60,000 bases of DNA from positions 46,130,001-46,190,000 of the forward strand of contig OZ249436.1 in assembly GCA_965235115.1 (NCBI GenBank). Reading direction: 5' to 3'. Within the stretch, counting starts at the first letter, position 1, and every line of letters begins with the position of its first letter. Shown here in pieces: positions 35,901-49,476 of this stretch. Source of the stretch: Laetmonice hystrix (taxonomy: Eukaryota). The notes under the pieces are model-generated. The model was not told the origin of the DNA. It did no database searches and was given only the letters and a program-made list of their open reading frames with translations. The position numbers and the translations under genes were made by a program.

Positions 35901-37949
35901 GTGTCTACAAAATTGTAATGAAAATTGAAATGCATCCAATTATATGGCATGAGTCAAGTACAGTAAAGGTCTAAAACACAATGTTATTCAACCTAAAAAG
36001 TCACGTTATATTCCACTGCTACTGTAAGATATTTTAAAAAGCTTGAAAAGGATTTACCAATTAGCCTACATGTGCTCGCTGTTGAGAGCAATACATAACG
36101 TTACCTGTGTAAAAGTCCTATTGCAGATCTTGCATGCATGTGGTCGTATGGTAGTATGAGTTAACATGTGCGTGTTGAGGTGGCTGACCTGTTTAAACAA
36201 TTTCCCACAGATCACACAGCAATGTGGCTTGATTCCACTATGAGCTAACGTATGAGTGACCAGGTTATGTTTAGTTGTGTATGACTTGTCACAACGGTTA
36301 CATGCCCAGCGTCTTTGACCGTCCCTCACAATGCACTGACTATCGTCAATGTGGACATTGAGCTCTGACTTGTCCACCCCGACTCCCCTGCCCTGGGTGG
36401 CGAGGATCTGTGAAAACTGCACAGCTGTCGGCATGTCACCACTTTTATCTATACTGGTGATGAGATTTCCGAGGTGATCTCCCACAGTGTAATCATCAGC
36501 CTTCTCCTCCTGGCTGCTGCCGCGCCGACTCCCACATACATCACCAGTTAAATTGTTTCCCTCAATATTCATCTTCTGTTTCATTCTATTCAACAGGGTG
36601 TCATCATCATTCTTGTTATCGTTCTCGTCTGACTGGACTTCTTTACTTTCCTGTGTACCCGTGTCAAACCGAGATATAGTCTGGGTCGGGTTCAAAGTCA
36701 TATCGCGGGAAATTGAAACATCGTCCCCAGGCTTGACCAAACAGTCCAAGGTATTCTCAGAGTTTACCTCTTGGCTGGAATCGAGACTGAGCAAGTTTTG
36801 AGGGCTTGCAAACTCTGGTGACAGCAACCGCGTCATATCCTGTAGGGTTTTATCTGAGAACAAATTTGACAATAACTGGGGATTCAACACAAAGTCTTGG
36901 GGTCGGTCTGAGTCTGTTAGCGACTTGTCTGGAGAGGTTTGCTCATGAACAAAGGACAACTTGAGCACCGTCGTGTTGTCAGAAACTTTACTGATTTCAA
37001 GTTTCACGGGTCTTGGTGTCACGGCCGCAGCTGAGGTTACAGCGACCGAGGGTTGAACTTTGTGTGGAGTGGCACCCTCTGTTGACACTGTTAGGGTACT
37101 GGTGTTTTCAGGTGGAGTTCTCATGGCCAGAATCGGTGCTGAAAACAAAGGATGACACATTGGTGAAGAAACAACGGCCATATTAGCACCTGTGGTTACT
37201 GTGGCCTTGGTCCCATCAAGGACACTGGGAAGACCCGTGAGCAGGGATACGTTCATTGGTTCCGGGGTTAATGCGGTCGGGTTTGAAAGCATCAGAGTGG
37301 GTGCAATGTGAGATCCAGCATTGGACGATGATGGTGTGGTGATGATGCTAGATGCTGGACTGCCAGTGCAGCTCGCTGTTGTCCACAAAGATTTTGGGTT
37401 CTTAGGTACGCCTATCGTCTGCAGGTAGGGAGTGCTGATTGATATCATTGGGTGATTGGGAGCCGGGTGAGCTGTAGTTGACACAGTGGAGACACTGGGC
37501 CTTCCTGCCAGTGGCCTGACCAGTCCTGGGGTATGTAAGTTTGCCAGTAAAAGAGATTGGACATCTATAGGTGTGGTATCGAGACTTCCCTCAGCGCGTC
37601 CTGTGAACTTTGATAATGTGACGGATGGAGACGGTGTGTTGATGTCAGGCACCACTGATCGCACAGTCAGAGGCATACTGTGGTCAAATGAACCATGCAA
37701 GGATCCTGGACTAGCATCTCCTGACTTAGCAAGTCCTAGGACAGAGTCCCCTAAATGGTTCATGCCAATGTTTGGACTGAGTGACATTCCGTAATCCGGG
37801 AGGTCAAGTCCAGCAGCAGTGCTATAGCCTCCCTCTGGTGGTAAAATCTGAAGAGGGAGAGACGATCTGGTGACTGCTGGTTCTCCAGAAGGGAAGTCTA
37901 GGCCCTCCATGTCGGCAGAAAAACTGATATCTGATCCAAGCTGGTCCAT
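29995..37949 (-). CDS. ZNF710: C2H2 zinc finger protein of the ZNF710/ZNF366 family, 11 fingers, 979 aa
   Basis: Coding exons 36105-37949, 35060-35398, 34458-34692, 33989-34090, 29995-30413 (2940 nt, phase-consistent). Family-typical motifs: LNVHIDDS..DGQRRWAC, KSYTTKHNLVTH, GIKPH, CGRGFAYPCELKSH, FTLKGNLNRHKKVKHG. Long S/T/P-rich N-terminus. Likely co-ortholog of ZNF710 and ZNF366. Confidence 0.9.
31874..32447. mobile_element. TTAA-flanked Kolobok-like non-autonomous element
   Basis: TTAA|AGGGCAATGTGAGTGTT ... AACACTCACATTTCCCT|TTAA; internal segment shared with about 41359-41530. Confidence 0.75.
33645..33925. repeat. G-rich tandem repeat, about 66-bp unit, about 4 copies
   Basis: TAAGGTCAGGGATAGGGTAGGGATATGTTTTTGGGAGGTCTAGGGACCGGTGTTAGGGGTTAGGGC. 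Confidence 0.9.
35549..35822. repeat. Tandem repeat, 88-bp unit, 3 copies
   Basis: GGCTGTTCAAGTCAATGCCAGGTCAACCACCAGCCATGAAACG... three times in a ZNF intron. Confidence 0.93.
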
Positions 37950-38453
37950 CACTAACACTAGTCTTCATACAGTCAGCTGTTCTGCTGAAAAAAAAAAATC
38001 AACGTTCTGAATTAGTTACAATACCCACACAACTTAATTAATTCACCAAAGGTTTAAAACAAGTTGGACAACTATAAAAATATCCTTGCCACTAAACAGA
38101 CTCCTTGTACCTATTTCCCGCCCCCTCTTTTTAATTATTTTAATTTATTATCAAAATTAATCATATTACAACTAGATCTAGGCCTATGGCTATGCCTAGG
38201 CCTCACTAGTTATACTGCCTGTGGCTGTGTAAAGTCTACACTATACAGACAGGGCAGGCCTCTGCTCTAGATGGCTAGATAAGATTTACTATATGGTAGC
38301 GTATGATAAGGCATAGCCATGCTCATAGGACCTACTGCAAATCTTATCCGGATAATCATTTATAAAGTTTTTTTGTTTTTTTTCTAAAGAAACCTACTTT
38401 AGTTTTGGACTAGTTACGCCTACTGCCTGCGCCCCTGTAATGTAAACACCGGG

Positions 38454-38463
38454 AAAATGGCGG
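38454..38463. promoter_or_regulatory. YY1-like motif in the putative 5' region of the ZNF gene
   Basis: AAAATGGCGG about 500 bp upstream of the ATG exon; a strong T-rich acceptor at about 37985 implies an upstream non-coding exon. Confidence 0.3.
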
Positions 38464-39621
38464 ATAGAGAGAGAAATGGATGAACAAATGTCATCGCAAA
38501 TGTTATCACTCTCCTGACGCTATTTCAACTGGGATTTATCATATTTTTACGGAGTGATTAATATATTTTCAAGCGTTATACAGGATGTATCCTTGATGAG
38601 TAGCTTAGACTTGCATTTTCTCCATTTAAACCAAACCCTATGCAGGCCAGACACTGCTTCCGGCAGCACCGGATACTCGGACGAACAGAACGAATAATCA
38701 CAACAAAGGAGAAATGAAACCACTGAATTTGGCGCTCTATGGGCGCCGACACAATATTATCATTTAAAACATGAAAACTAGACCTACATTGTTAATTTGA
38801 GTATTTATTGACTTACCGCAGGGTTAACAGTCTCACGTGTATGTGGATACAATAATGAACAGCTTATCGCTCACTCCCTGCAAAAACATGTAGCCATGTC
38901 CATAGTTCTCCCACGGTCCGATAGATGGCATGGTAAAGGCCAAACAAATCGATTGGGCGAGTTCGCGATGGGTTGGGGCATATACTTTGGTGCCGTCTGG
39001 TGGCTACCGGTACCTCAATTCAAAGGACAGGTACCGTAGCCTACTTTCTCCACCAGAACGTAGGACAATAGGAATTATACCATAGACGTAGATAGAGATA
39101 AAATGATGTTAGTCTCTGCCCCAAGGACTCTAGGGGCGGTACTATATTTCTGTATATTGATATAGTTCCAATATTACTCGCCAGGGAGTTATCAGCTACT
39201 CTAAAGTCATGGCCTAGAAGATCTGTACGGTACATAGGCCTACTCATAGGCCTAGTTATCACACAAGGGATTACACACGATTAACTCCTCGACGGTCACG
39301 CTCGGGGATAGGCCTACCTCCCACTGTAATTAACAATTATTTGGAAGGCAAGAAGGACGAAGTGGAAAGAAAATAGGCCTGTTACTGTCATGTATAGATC
39401 TACACGGTTCTCCTCTAGAGGGCACGGCATGTCGGTGCTAGTTCCAGTAATAATCGCTAGGGGAAGCCAAGGCGGTATTGCATCAAACAAGACAAGAACC
39501 CCGCGTCTGGATGGAGAACGCATAATGCTCAGTAATGCTGCAGAGGAAGTAGTCTTAAATTAAGAAACTAGCTGTCACGGCTTTCGAAATTTAAAAATGA
39601 TCTGCTGTTTTGAATCAAAAT

Positions 39622-39698
39622 GGCCAGTGGCCAAGTGGGCATGGCGTTGAAACCTTATGCTACCTTATGGGGGCCGCGGTTCAATTCCAGTAGAGGAC
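39622..39698 (+). mobile_element. tRNA-derived SINE head or tRNA pseudogene
   Basis: Pol III A box TGGCCAAGTGG (39628-39638) and B box GGTTCAATTCC (39678-39688); no intact cloverleaf. Confidence 0.55.
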
Positions 39699-41142
39699 AT
39701 TACTGGTTACGCCTTTTTCCCTGACAAGGATCGGATTTAGGATTTTGGTAAGGGGAGGCGGCTAGGGGAAAAATGTGCTTTTTTTACGAGCAGTCGCCCT
39801 TTTAATTTGGCAAAAGATTATTGTACCCCTTAGGAAAATAGCCCCACAGATTTGAGGGAAACTGGGAAGCAGTACAGGAATACCAATTCAGTCTGATTGA
39901 GATCAGGGTGCCCTTCTAAACCTGGGTCTGCCCCCCCCCCCCCCACAATCTCAGCAATTTTAGGCTGCGTTCCGCCATGCAATGGTTGAATATATCCCTA
40001 TACTGCCTGTAGGGGGCCTACTTGGTAATATATTAGGCCTACTGTATAGGTCAAACAGATCGAGCTGCCTCTCAGTGTAGGCAATAACATACTGCCGCTG
40101 TTGTCGGATGAGACTATAGTTTAGGCATAGAATTCACAAAATGGAGGGGGGGGGATGTAAAAAAATATACCGGTTCATCTATAAGTGGTAGTATCTATAG
40201 TACCCAGCAAATAGTAACATGTTGACCCAATTTGGGTGAAAAATAACCCAGTCGAATTTAGAGTGTAGGGTAAAACCCAAACCATGGCAGCGACCATGCA
40301 CACGGACAAGTCTCATTACAAGGAGCCTTTGAAAGCAGCACGGTGATATTGATGAAACGAGTGCGGTTTCTCTCCTCCCTGGGGACTCCGTCTAGAATGT
40401 GTCATTTTCTTCTGATCTTCTCCCGCTTGACCAGGTCGGGTTAGGAACAATAATGACCAACCCAAACTCAACACGTCAAATATTGGTTTTTGAAGAATGT
40501 GTCTGGCCCAAGGACAGAAGCACTTGATTGATTGGTCTCTCCTTGCAACCTCTCAGAAAATCCATTTAGGATGATGGAATTAGGTGAGGTGCTCGGCCGG
40601 GAGAACAATGCCGACTAGAGCATCAGTTGGCCTCATTTCGACGTCCCCAGGCTGTGGGTGTTCCCCGACCTGTCATTTGTCGTGGTCGAGAGACAATCGG
40701 CTCTCGCACGTTCAAGGAGAGGAGAAAGATGTGGGAATGAAAACGACCGCTCCAATTGTTGGTCGGCTGTCACCCTCAACTGTTGAGCATTGTATGGACA
40801 ATTCCCCGTGTTTATTCAAAGTTCTTTGTCTTACGTTTTTTTTTGTTTTGTTTTGTTTTTTAATGAAAGAAATGTGTTCCCCTTTTTCAGCTCTACCAGA
40901 GTAGCAGCGATAGCTATGTTGTATAGTATGATTGATATGTTATGGCAAGCGTCAACACAAGCAGACATTTATGTATTGATTCGCTTTGCTTTGTTTAGTC
41001 TGGGAATCTTCACACATGGGAAATGGGAAAATAAATCCATATAATCTTAGTGCTTTGTTTAGCGTATAAGGTGACAATAATTTCCTACTTTTCCGACAAA
41101 TTCCTACATCGCATTTTTATTTCTTACGCTGCGCACCATTAA

Positions 41143-41892
41143 AGGGGTTATGTCAATTATTTCATGTATACATTTTACAAATTGGCGAAAATACTGCTTG
41201 TATATAGTCTGGTAATTATGTTCCATAGAACTGTTTAGGCCTAGTTGCCTGATTGGATTTCGTGAATTTTTTTTTTAATTTAAAAAACAGCAAATTTGGA
41301 ATGACGCGCGTCTTTTCCTAAACCTGCAGCCCACCTACGCGATAGAGTTTTAGCCGGGCGAGAAAATCAGTGGTCGTTTTTTAACTATTAGTCAAAATGT
41401 CTGAAAAATCCGGTTTTTCCAATTGAAACCTATAGTAAAGGCCCATTTTTTATGGAGGCCTGTATAGAAAAAAATCTAATTCGGTAATTCGGTGATGATT
41501 TTTTTTTTCTTTGTACTCCTAAAGACAAAGGCGATTTTACACCCTTTTCACAGAACGCGAGACTATATCCGCAATCACGTGATCATCTCACCCGTTGCAA
41601 CGCTCTGTCACACCTGCAGACATTCTCGATGGCGGAAAGCAGCGTTGTTTTTGAGTGTTCCCGACAAGAAATGTGGAATGTGAAGGTGACAGTGCATTTC
41701 GCTCTCTTTTTACAATACATACGTATAACCTATAGGAAGTATCATCGGGATAGAAGGTGCATAGATTTTGACGAGATATATTCAACAACACACAGAAATC
41801 GATGAAAAACATGCATCTTCATAGTCACTAGAGGGCGCCACATTGACTTCCGGGTCAAGTTAACGGTTGAGGAATGTCTATACGGTGCCCCT
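41143..41892. mobile_element. Probable TTAA-flanked (Kolobok-like) composite element
   Basis: TTAA|AGGGG ... CCCCT|TTAA with only a short TIR match; contains a segment similar to about 32206-32380. Confidence 0.4.
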
Positions 41893-42963
41893 TTAAAAGG
41901 AACAAATGAAAAATGTAGCCTACTCGTATTTTATCAGTGCTACAGACTTATAGGTAGAAAGTGATGTTCGTAGTCATGTTTAGTTTTCTCTCTGATTTTG
42001 TGGGCTGGCGAACGAACACATTCTCAGCTGAAGTCTGGAAGCAGATTTCGGATATACATGTACACGTACTACTATATTATCCAGATCCATTTTGAAATGA
42101 ATGCTGACATTATGGTTAGGGAGTGTAACGTATTGAGGCTTCTGAATCATGGTGCCTAAACTAGGGGCGGGCACATGGGGGCAGAGGTGGCATCCCTACG
42201 TGTTTGCATGGCTGTTTGTCCCCTTATAGGATCTCCCATCTAAAACCTACATTGGGACTTGGGACGGATATCCAGGGGGCGCCACTCTCTTCGACATGGC
42301 GTTTAAAGTATACAGTGTACCTTTAAGCATCATTTTCTCTTATGTATGCTAACTGTAATGGTGAGAAAGGTGCAGCAGACATTTCAATGATCTATAACGG
42401 CCGGATAAAAACTGAGGCATGGTGTGATTCATTCTTTGTTCGTTCTCCTAAAATTAAATGAAGGAGCCACCATTGAAATAAGAAAAAAACTAAATTGCTT
42501 GTCTCTGTTAGTTTCCCAGGGTCATCGCTGTACTTAAAGCTGTAACAAGTAAAACCAGATGTTGTCTTCTTACTCAAATAGGCCTAAATAAATGTTAAGT
42601 TCATAATCGCTCCTCTTTACTTTTTTGAGAACATGGCGAAATCAGGGAAAAAGAAGAAAGACTGATGAAGTTTATATCTTCTAGACATGCGCCCTCCATG
42701 GTTCTTCTTTGTGTCCAACTATAGTACAAAGGAATGGGCTAGTTTGATTACCTCCACACAAATTATTTCTTATCAAATCTTGCATACCAATTTCACTATT
42801 TATCGGCATTTTAAGCCTTAAATTGGTTAAAATTACAATTATTCTCTTTTATTTACAGACAGCATCACGGTAAATGTGTGCATTTAGTTCTATGTCAAAC
42901 TGCTCCAGGAACAGTTATTTTATTGATGCCTGGTTATTCTAGGAAGGTGCTGACGCTTTCTTA

Positions 42964-42977
42964 GTTACCATGGCGAC
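42964..42977. promoter_or_regulatory. Consensus RFX X-box next to a CCAAT box; candidate promoter
   Basis: GTTACCATGGCGAC (reverse GTCGCCATGGTAAC); ATTGG at about 43003. Confidence 0.55.
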
Positions 42978-43604
42978 CTTTTGACATTGAGATCCTTCTC
43001 CATTGGCTGAGGGACGCCTGGCAGAATTCTCGAGTAGCAAAAGCCGACCATTTTTCAGCAGCAGATTTATCATCGTTCGTCTAGCGTGTACCCTGCCCTC
43101 CTCTTTCTCCTCTGCCAAGGTTAACTCGGTACATTTATACAACTTTAGCTGGGCTGGGCAAGCAGCAGTTAATAACCGGTAACGAAAACGTTGTTTGAAG
43201 ACTAAAGTATAGAGTAAAGAGATTAAACATCTGATACTGTTCTGTGAATGAAGATAAATACTAAACAGTAAGTTCACAGACGTTCTTACAATAAACGCCC
43301 GTGTGTAGATATCCCCCCTCTCAATACCGGGTACCGGGGAATAAATTCGTTTTTGTATAATGGTCTGAATAGATTTGGTTTTTTTTATCATAGGTTTCTT
43401 TAAGTTCTGATAGCTTAGAATCGGTAATCAGTAACGGGTGGCAATCTAGTGGGTACAGTATGATCTGCTTGCAATCATAGTGTACCCAATTAGGGTATTA
43501 TAGAAGGGGGGGGGGTAATTTTCTAATCTTTAGGATATTGTTCTCAATAATTATTAGGACAGGTGTCTGAAGGATGCCAGTGATATCAAAGCCAAGCATA
43601 GGCG

Positions 43605-44460
43605 CTCTATCATGGAGATGTCACTAATTTCACAGTAAGGGGTTGGCTCTCTATCATGGAGATGTCACTAATTTCACAGTAAGGGGTTGACTCTATCATA
43701 GAGATGTCACTAATTTCACAGTAAGGGGTTGGCTCTCTATCATAGAGAGGTCACTAATTTCACAGCCAGGCGATCGGCGCTCTATCATAGAGATGTCACT
43801 AATTTCACAGTAAGGGGTTGGCTCTCTATCATAGAGAGGTCACTAATTTCACAGTAAGGGGTTGGCTCTCTATCATAGAGATGTCACTGATTTCACAGTA
43901 AGGGGGTTCTATCATGGAGATGTCAATAATTTCACAGTAAGGGGTTGGCTCTCTATCATGGAGATGTCACTAATTTCACAGTAAGGGGATGGCTCTCTAT
44001 CATAGAGATGTCACGAATTTCACAGTAAGGGGTTGGCTCTCTATCATGGAGGTGTCACTAATTTCACAGTAAGGGGTTGGCTCTCTATCATAGAGATGTC
44101 ACTGATTTCACAGTAAGGGGTTGGCTCTCTATCATAGAGATGTCACTGATTTCACAGTAAGGGGTTGGCTCTCTATCATAGAGATGTCACGAATTTCACA
44201 GTAAGGGGAGGGCTCTCTATCATAGAGAGATCACTAATTTCACAGTAAGGGGTTGACTCTCTATCATGGAGATGTCACTAATTTCACAGTAAGGGGTTGG
44301 CTCTCTATCATAGAGATGTCACTAATTTCACAGTAAGGGGTTGGCTCTCTATCATAGAGATGTCACTAATTTCACAGTAAGGGGTTGGCTCTCTATCATA
44401 GAGATGTCACTAATTTCTCAGTAAGGGGGTTCTATCATGGAGATGTCAATAATTTTACAG
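43605..44460. repeat. Minisatellite, 44-bp unit, about 19 copies
   Basis: CTCTATCATAGAGATGTCACTAATTTCACAGTAAGGGGTTGGCT; an isolated degenerate unit at about 44695-44728. Confidence 0.96.
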
Positions 44461-47400
44461 CAGTGGGGAGGGGCACCTAAAAATGTTTGATCCTCGTTAG
44501 GCTCGGCATGAATTGATTGTGCCTGTATTAAACACACGCACACACACAATAATTGCTATTAACACACTTCGAAATGTTTTATTTAATTCAAATACTATAT
44601 TTTATTCAAATATAGTCATAACATCTTCATCAAAAAACGAAGGAAAATCTTAGCGGGGCCTAGGCCCCCTGCCCCCTAGATCCCCCAGTGTAGAGTAAGG
44701 GGTTGGCTCTCTATAATAGAGACATCATGAGTCTCACAATCAAGAGTCAAATCGCTGTCACATTTATAACGGAAAGTGTTGCGGTTTTTTTGCACTCGAG
44801 GAATTCTTCTTAACCATGTCCATGGCAGTCTTAAATAACTAAAAAAAAATTAATATTAGTGGATTGGGTATGTAAGTATTGGCGATTTGGACACTCAGTG
44901 AAGCAAAAGGGGCCAAAGTCGTGAGTAGAGACCATTGCATGACAGTCTCCGCCGAGATGATCTCACTGTGGTGTCTGGTTGTTCTGGCCGTCAACAGGAG
45001 GTTATGTACCTGAAGGTTGTACCAGTCGGTGCCGGGTGTCACTGAGAGTAAGCTATACAAGATGAACACAGATAAAGTATTCGGACAGTTAGTGTGAATG
45101 GGACGTGTGTATATATACAGCAGGATGTCAGGTGTATCCGTGCGTACTTAATCACTGACCCGTAGCGCAGGTATCCTCTGACGTATAGCATTCCCACCAT
45201 ATTGGCTGCAGAGGTGACAGATTTTGTAGGTCTGGGAGCTGGGACTAGAGGCAGGGATTAGTTAGGAATAGAGATATATTATTAGTTATGATCCTGAGAT
45301 CTCGCGCACACATTACCATGGATACCGTTGGGTAGTTGTATGGACAGGGTCCTGGGGGTTTACTTCCCAAACGAATCTCTCTCCCCGACAAAATTCCAAG
45401 AAACCCAATCACCCGCGTTTCAAACTTCAAAACGAATCCCCTTTCAGGGAATCCAGCACTCGGCCTTGAATCACACCGGTCGACGAAAACTGACTCCGTC
45501 AGCTAACAGATTACCTGAAGGCGTGGGCCTCCATTAGAGATCGGTAAAAACAACATTAGCCCAACATGTTTTCAACCTGCAGAAACAAAAGACTGTTGAA
45601 AAAACTGCATCAATCCATTTAGTATTACTAAGAATTACGTTTTCCACATTAATGCAGTTACCGTAGATTTGCATTCGACCTCATTTTCAACCTTACGAGT
45701 AAGAATTTTTCTCAACTAACTTCTCCTGCTCGTAACAGTTGTAGTTTCAGCCGTCAGTTGAAATAATGATTACAATATTGTAAGACATATCCTGTTCTCA
45801 GTGAAGAAAAAAAGTTTTGCAGTTACCTTTTGTGATATGTTTTAGAAATCCTCTCTCTATGTCGGAAGAGAAAGAATATAGATCTCGAAGGTCGGTATTT
45901 CGCTTGGAGTCGCGAGTGAATGCTGCACAAATCGATTGCCACATAAAGAAAGAATGGCACTGTGGTATTATACATTCCGCACCCCCTCTAACATAACTGT
46001 AACTGTCTTCAAAAAGTTCTATGAAAATTGCAACCCTCGAGTATTATTATATGGATACAGAGAAAAAGGTCCTTTCCTACGGAGGAGCTTTGTATAATGG
46101 CGCTTATATTGCATGGCAGAGGCGCCAATTTAAGAAAAAAACGTTACACTGAAATAATTACACACTATGGTTCTTTATACGACGCGAAAAGCTGGCACGG
46201 TTGAACATCTCGAACATGTCCTCAGCAATATCAGATGTGGTTCAACTAGGTATTCTCCTACTTTAAAATACGTCAACAACCATTTGTGTCGTACTACAGC
46301 CGCTTTCACGTCAAGGTATTCCACAGGTCTATACTCTAAACAGAAAGAAATATAAGGAAGAGATGAATACGAAAAAACGAGGCGGCCCTACTCGCCACCA
46401 CATCAGACTTGAAACTTGTCAGCAATATATGTCGTGCCGTGAGACATTTATTCGTATATCGACAAAGAGAGTTTATATTTCAAAGCAGTTGAAGCATAAC
46501 AGGGTGCACGGAAGGTGAGGTCATTCAGGTGACCCAGAGATGATGATGACAGGTGCCCCCTGCTTGGATAGAATAAACAAGATGGGTGAATGGCGGCGGG
46601 AACTTTACTAAAACCAGGATCATCCTTTCATCAGGCCACGTTTGAGGTCCTTGGAATGTTTCAGATGAACTCCAAGTACACATAAACACCATTATGATGG
46701 CACAAGTTTTTCTTTCGTTCCTCCTGAATCAATGGAAGGTTAAATAATGTGCTCTTATAAGGATGTACGAAAAAGTGGGGCAATCCAGCCTTCTTGGGAG
46801 AAAGAAATGGCACGAGATAAGAGATGTGAATTATTTAGAAGCATGCCTAGGAACAATTACGGTTGGAAACCGTAGTTTAAAACAAGAACTTTTGCGACAG
46901 GCAGGCTTCTTTGAACACATGCTGGGGTATAGATTTTCCTATTATCCCACGCTTTAAATCGCGCTGAATTCCTATGAAAAGAGCAGTGATTGTTGTCTTG
47001 CAGTCTTCGTGAGCTTTAGGTCAGGCTGTGTGTAAAATGTCTAATGACACAATGAATGGAATTCGTCAGGTTTGTGCTGTTAGCAGTGTTAGTCTCCCCA
47101 TTGATGCCGACGTCTTTCACAGAGAACTTCGGAGTGTAGGTTGTATTGAAATTGAAATCTAAGTTTGTGACAGAGTACGGCGCCTTAAAGGCTTTCATGC
47201 CATGCAGTCTTTGTAGCATTTTTCTCCTCTATCAGTGCAATGTAATTGTAAAGTTATAAGGATGGAGGTATAGTAAGGGGTAAAGGGCGCCGTGCATGCA
47301 GTTAGATGGACTCACAAAGTAGGCTGCCATTAATGTAATCGCCATACATAAGAGAAGTGAAGCACAAGAGACAAAGCTATGTCTGTGAATAAGACGTTCT

Positions 47401-47665
47401 ACAATTTAAAAAGGCGCTTAAGTTTTGCAAACTAAAAAACAAAATAAATGGATCAATACTGGAAGGTCGAACTCATTAAAATTTCAAATTAAGTCCAGTT
47501 TCTTTTCAATATAGCCTACCTATATTGTTGAGGTCAGAATATTGTTAATGTTAATTAAGTAAAAGCCTCACATAGGTTGGGATCGATTCTCCTCTGTCTC
47601 TATACCTGAGCCCGGGTTTTAGAAATCCGAGTCTTAAAATTTAAATCTTAAGACTGAACTCTTAA

Positions 47666-48195
47666 AGGTAATATGTCACGAATTTAAAATAATACGTCGT
47701 GTTTCAGCAAAAATATGCCTGCATTGCAGTTCTCCGATATGCCCCAAAGGTCCCCTACCTGTTTATGTAGCTTTGGCCGGTATTTTGTAAAAAAAAATCG
47801 CCAATTCTTAATGCGGTCACTGAAAATGACACACTTAGATTCCGAGACCCCGAGATATGCAGCCGGCTGTGCTTTGCACACGATCGGCGGATGGGTCATT
47901 ATTGCGCGTGTTTACATCTCGAGTAATCACAGCGAGAGTCACGTGATCATGGAACCCGTTCAAACGATTCGCGACAGCCAAAGGGGGCCAAAATGGCGGA
48001 TTCATCGCACTTTGCGGACACTACAGCTAGTTTTGTTCATTTTTCTACATTAGGGAGAATTTCACAGCTGACTACTCGTAGTATGTGTTAACAGAATCAA
48101 TATGAAAAACAATCAGTGCCATAAAGTACGTCAGTGGTGAGCAGGTAGGCAGAAAACTGAAGATTTCAGTCGATACCCCCCGTGACATATTTCCT
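47666..48195. mobile_element. TTAA-flanked Kolobok-like MITE (about 530 bp)
   Basis: TTAA|AGGTAATATGTCACG ... CGTGACATATTTCCT|TTAA. Confidence 0.8.
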
Positions 48196-48224
48196 TTAAT
48201 GTTTCTGAGATTCTGAGTGGCCCT

Positions 48225-48536
48225 TCTTACGGACTGGGACCCCGTTTACAGACTGGGCTCTCCACGCCTCACCCTGTCTGACAGACTGGGCTCTCCACGC
48301 TTCACTCCGTCTTACGGACTGGGCTCTCCACGCCTCACCCCCTCTTGGGCTCTCCACGCCTCACCCCGTCTTACGGACTGGGCTCTCCACGCCTCACCCT
48401 GTCTGACAGACTGGGCTCTCCACGCCCCACCCCGTCTTACGGACTGGGCTCTCCACGCCTCACCCTGTCTGACAGACTGGGCTCTCCACGCCTCACCCCG
48501 TCTTACGGACTGGGCTCTCCACGCCTCACCCCGTCT
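48225..48536. repeat. Minisatellite, 33-bp unit, about 9 copies
   Basis: GACTGGGCTCTCCACGCCTCACCC(C/T)GTCT(TACG/GACA), two alternating variants. Confidence 0.93.
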
Positions 48537-48619
48537 TCCTGTCTATTCTACGTTGTTTTTTTCTCAAATTTCTCAAAGGGGAGTTCCTGGATGCATTTTT
48601 ATGGTATGTTAGGAGCATA

Positions 48620-49476
48620 TATCGGGTGGATAAAAAAAAAACGCCCCGAACTTTAAACTTTAATATTTCAAAAAGTATCCATTATAATTCAATAAAATTT
48701 CTCTTAATATAACTTTGTGATATTATCTCTTGTATGTTAAAGTTTCAGATCAATAGCTTTGATATTAATCCCGTGGTGCTAAAAACAAAAATCAGTGTCT
48801 AAAAACACAATGCCGGAATTAGGTCAAATATCATGCAGCTGCCAGGTGTCCAATTTGACACTTATTTGATGCACCGCATTTTACCTTGGTTAAAAAGTTT
48901 TCAATATTTAGTTTTTGCATGGTTTACAATATGTATAATGTTGTGAACCACTAGATATAATAAATTATGTGCTATTCCTAGTACTTCTAGAGAAACCCAG
49001 ATGTTTAATTTGCCAAACCCTACAGAGAAACTGCAACATTAGGACGATATGACTGTAACCAGAAGTTTAAGGGAAATCGTATCATTATCACGTTTAGCAA
49101 CACGTTCAGAACGCTGCTTATTTCCCAATAATGGGAAGATAATTCCCTATCAGAGATCAGGAAGTGCATTGGCACATGTAAAAAGAGACTGAGAGCAGTA
49201 TGAAGTGAACACGGGGGGCCGATTGACCACCTACTCTAGTGTGAGGCCAGGGACTCTGGTGCGACTACCACTCGCTTTAGCCCGGCATTGCGCTTTTGTA
49301 CAATGATTTTTGTTTTTAGCGCTACGGAAATACTATCTAAGCTATTGAGTTGTACCATTAACAACTAAGAGACAACATCATGAAGTGATAGTAAGAAAAA
49401 TTTCATTGAATTACAATCAATACTTTTTGAAATATTGGAGTTTAAAGTTCGGGGCGTTTTTTTTTATCCACCCGAA
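48620..49476. mobile_element. Non-autonomous Tc1/mariner-like DNA transposon, copy 2
   Basis: Colinear, highly similar copy of 14690-15544 in the same orientation with the same TIRs. Confidence 0.9.

Noticed and set aside
39622..39698. Functional tRNA gene
   Set aside because: A and B boxes are present but the acceptor and anticodon stems do not pair; treated as SINE or pseudogene.
43605..44460. Resemblance of CTCTATCATAGAGA to the bacterial tet operator
   Set aside because: Dyad spacing differs from tetO, units are diverged, and there is no vector sequence; coincidence.
47016..47219. 67-aa minus-strand ORF (also 42939-43391 and 49569-49826)
   Set aside because: No recognisable homology or supporting splice structure; length expected by chance.
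48217..48656. Repetitive ORFs (also 7417-7614, 24259-24618, 59326-59601)
   Set aside because: They are translations of tandem or simple repeats.
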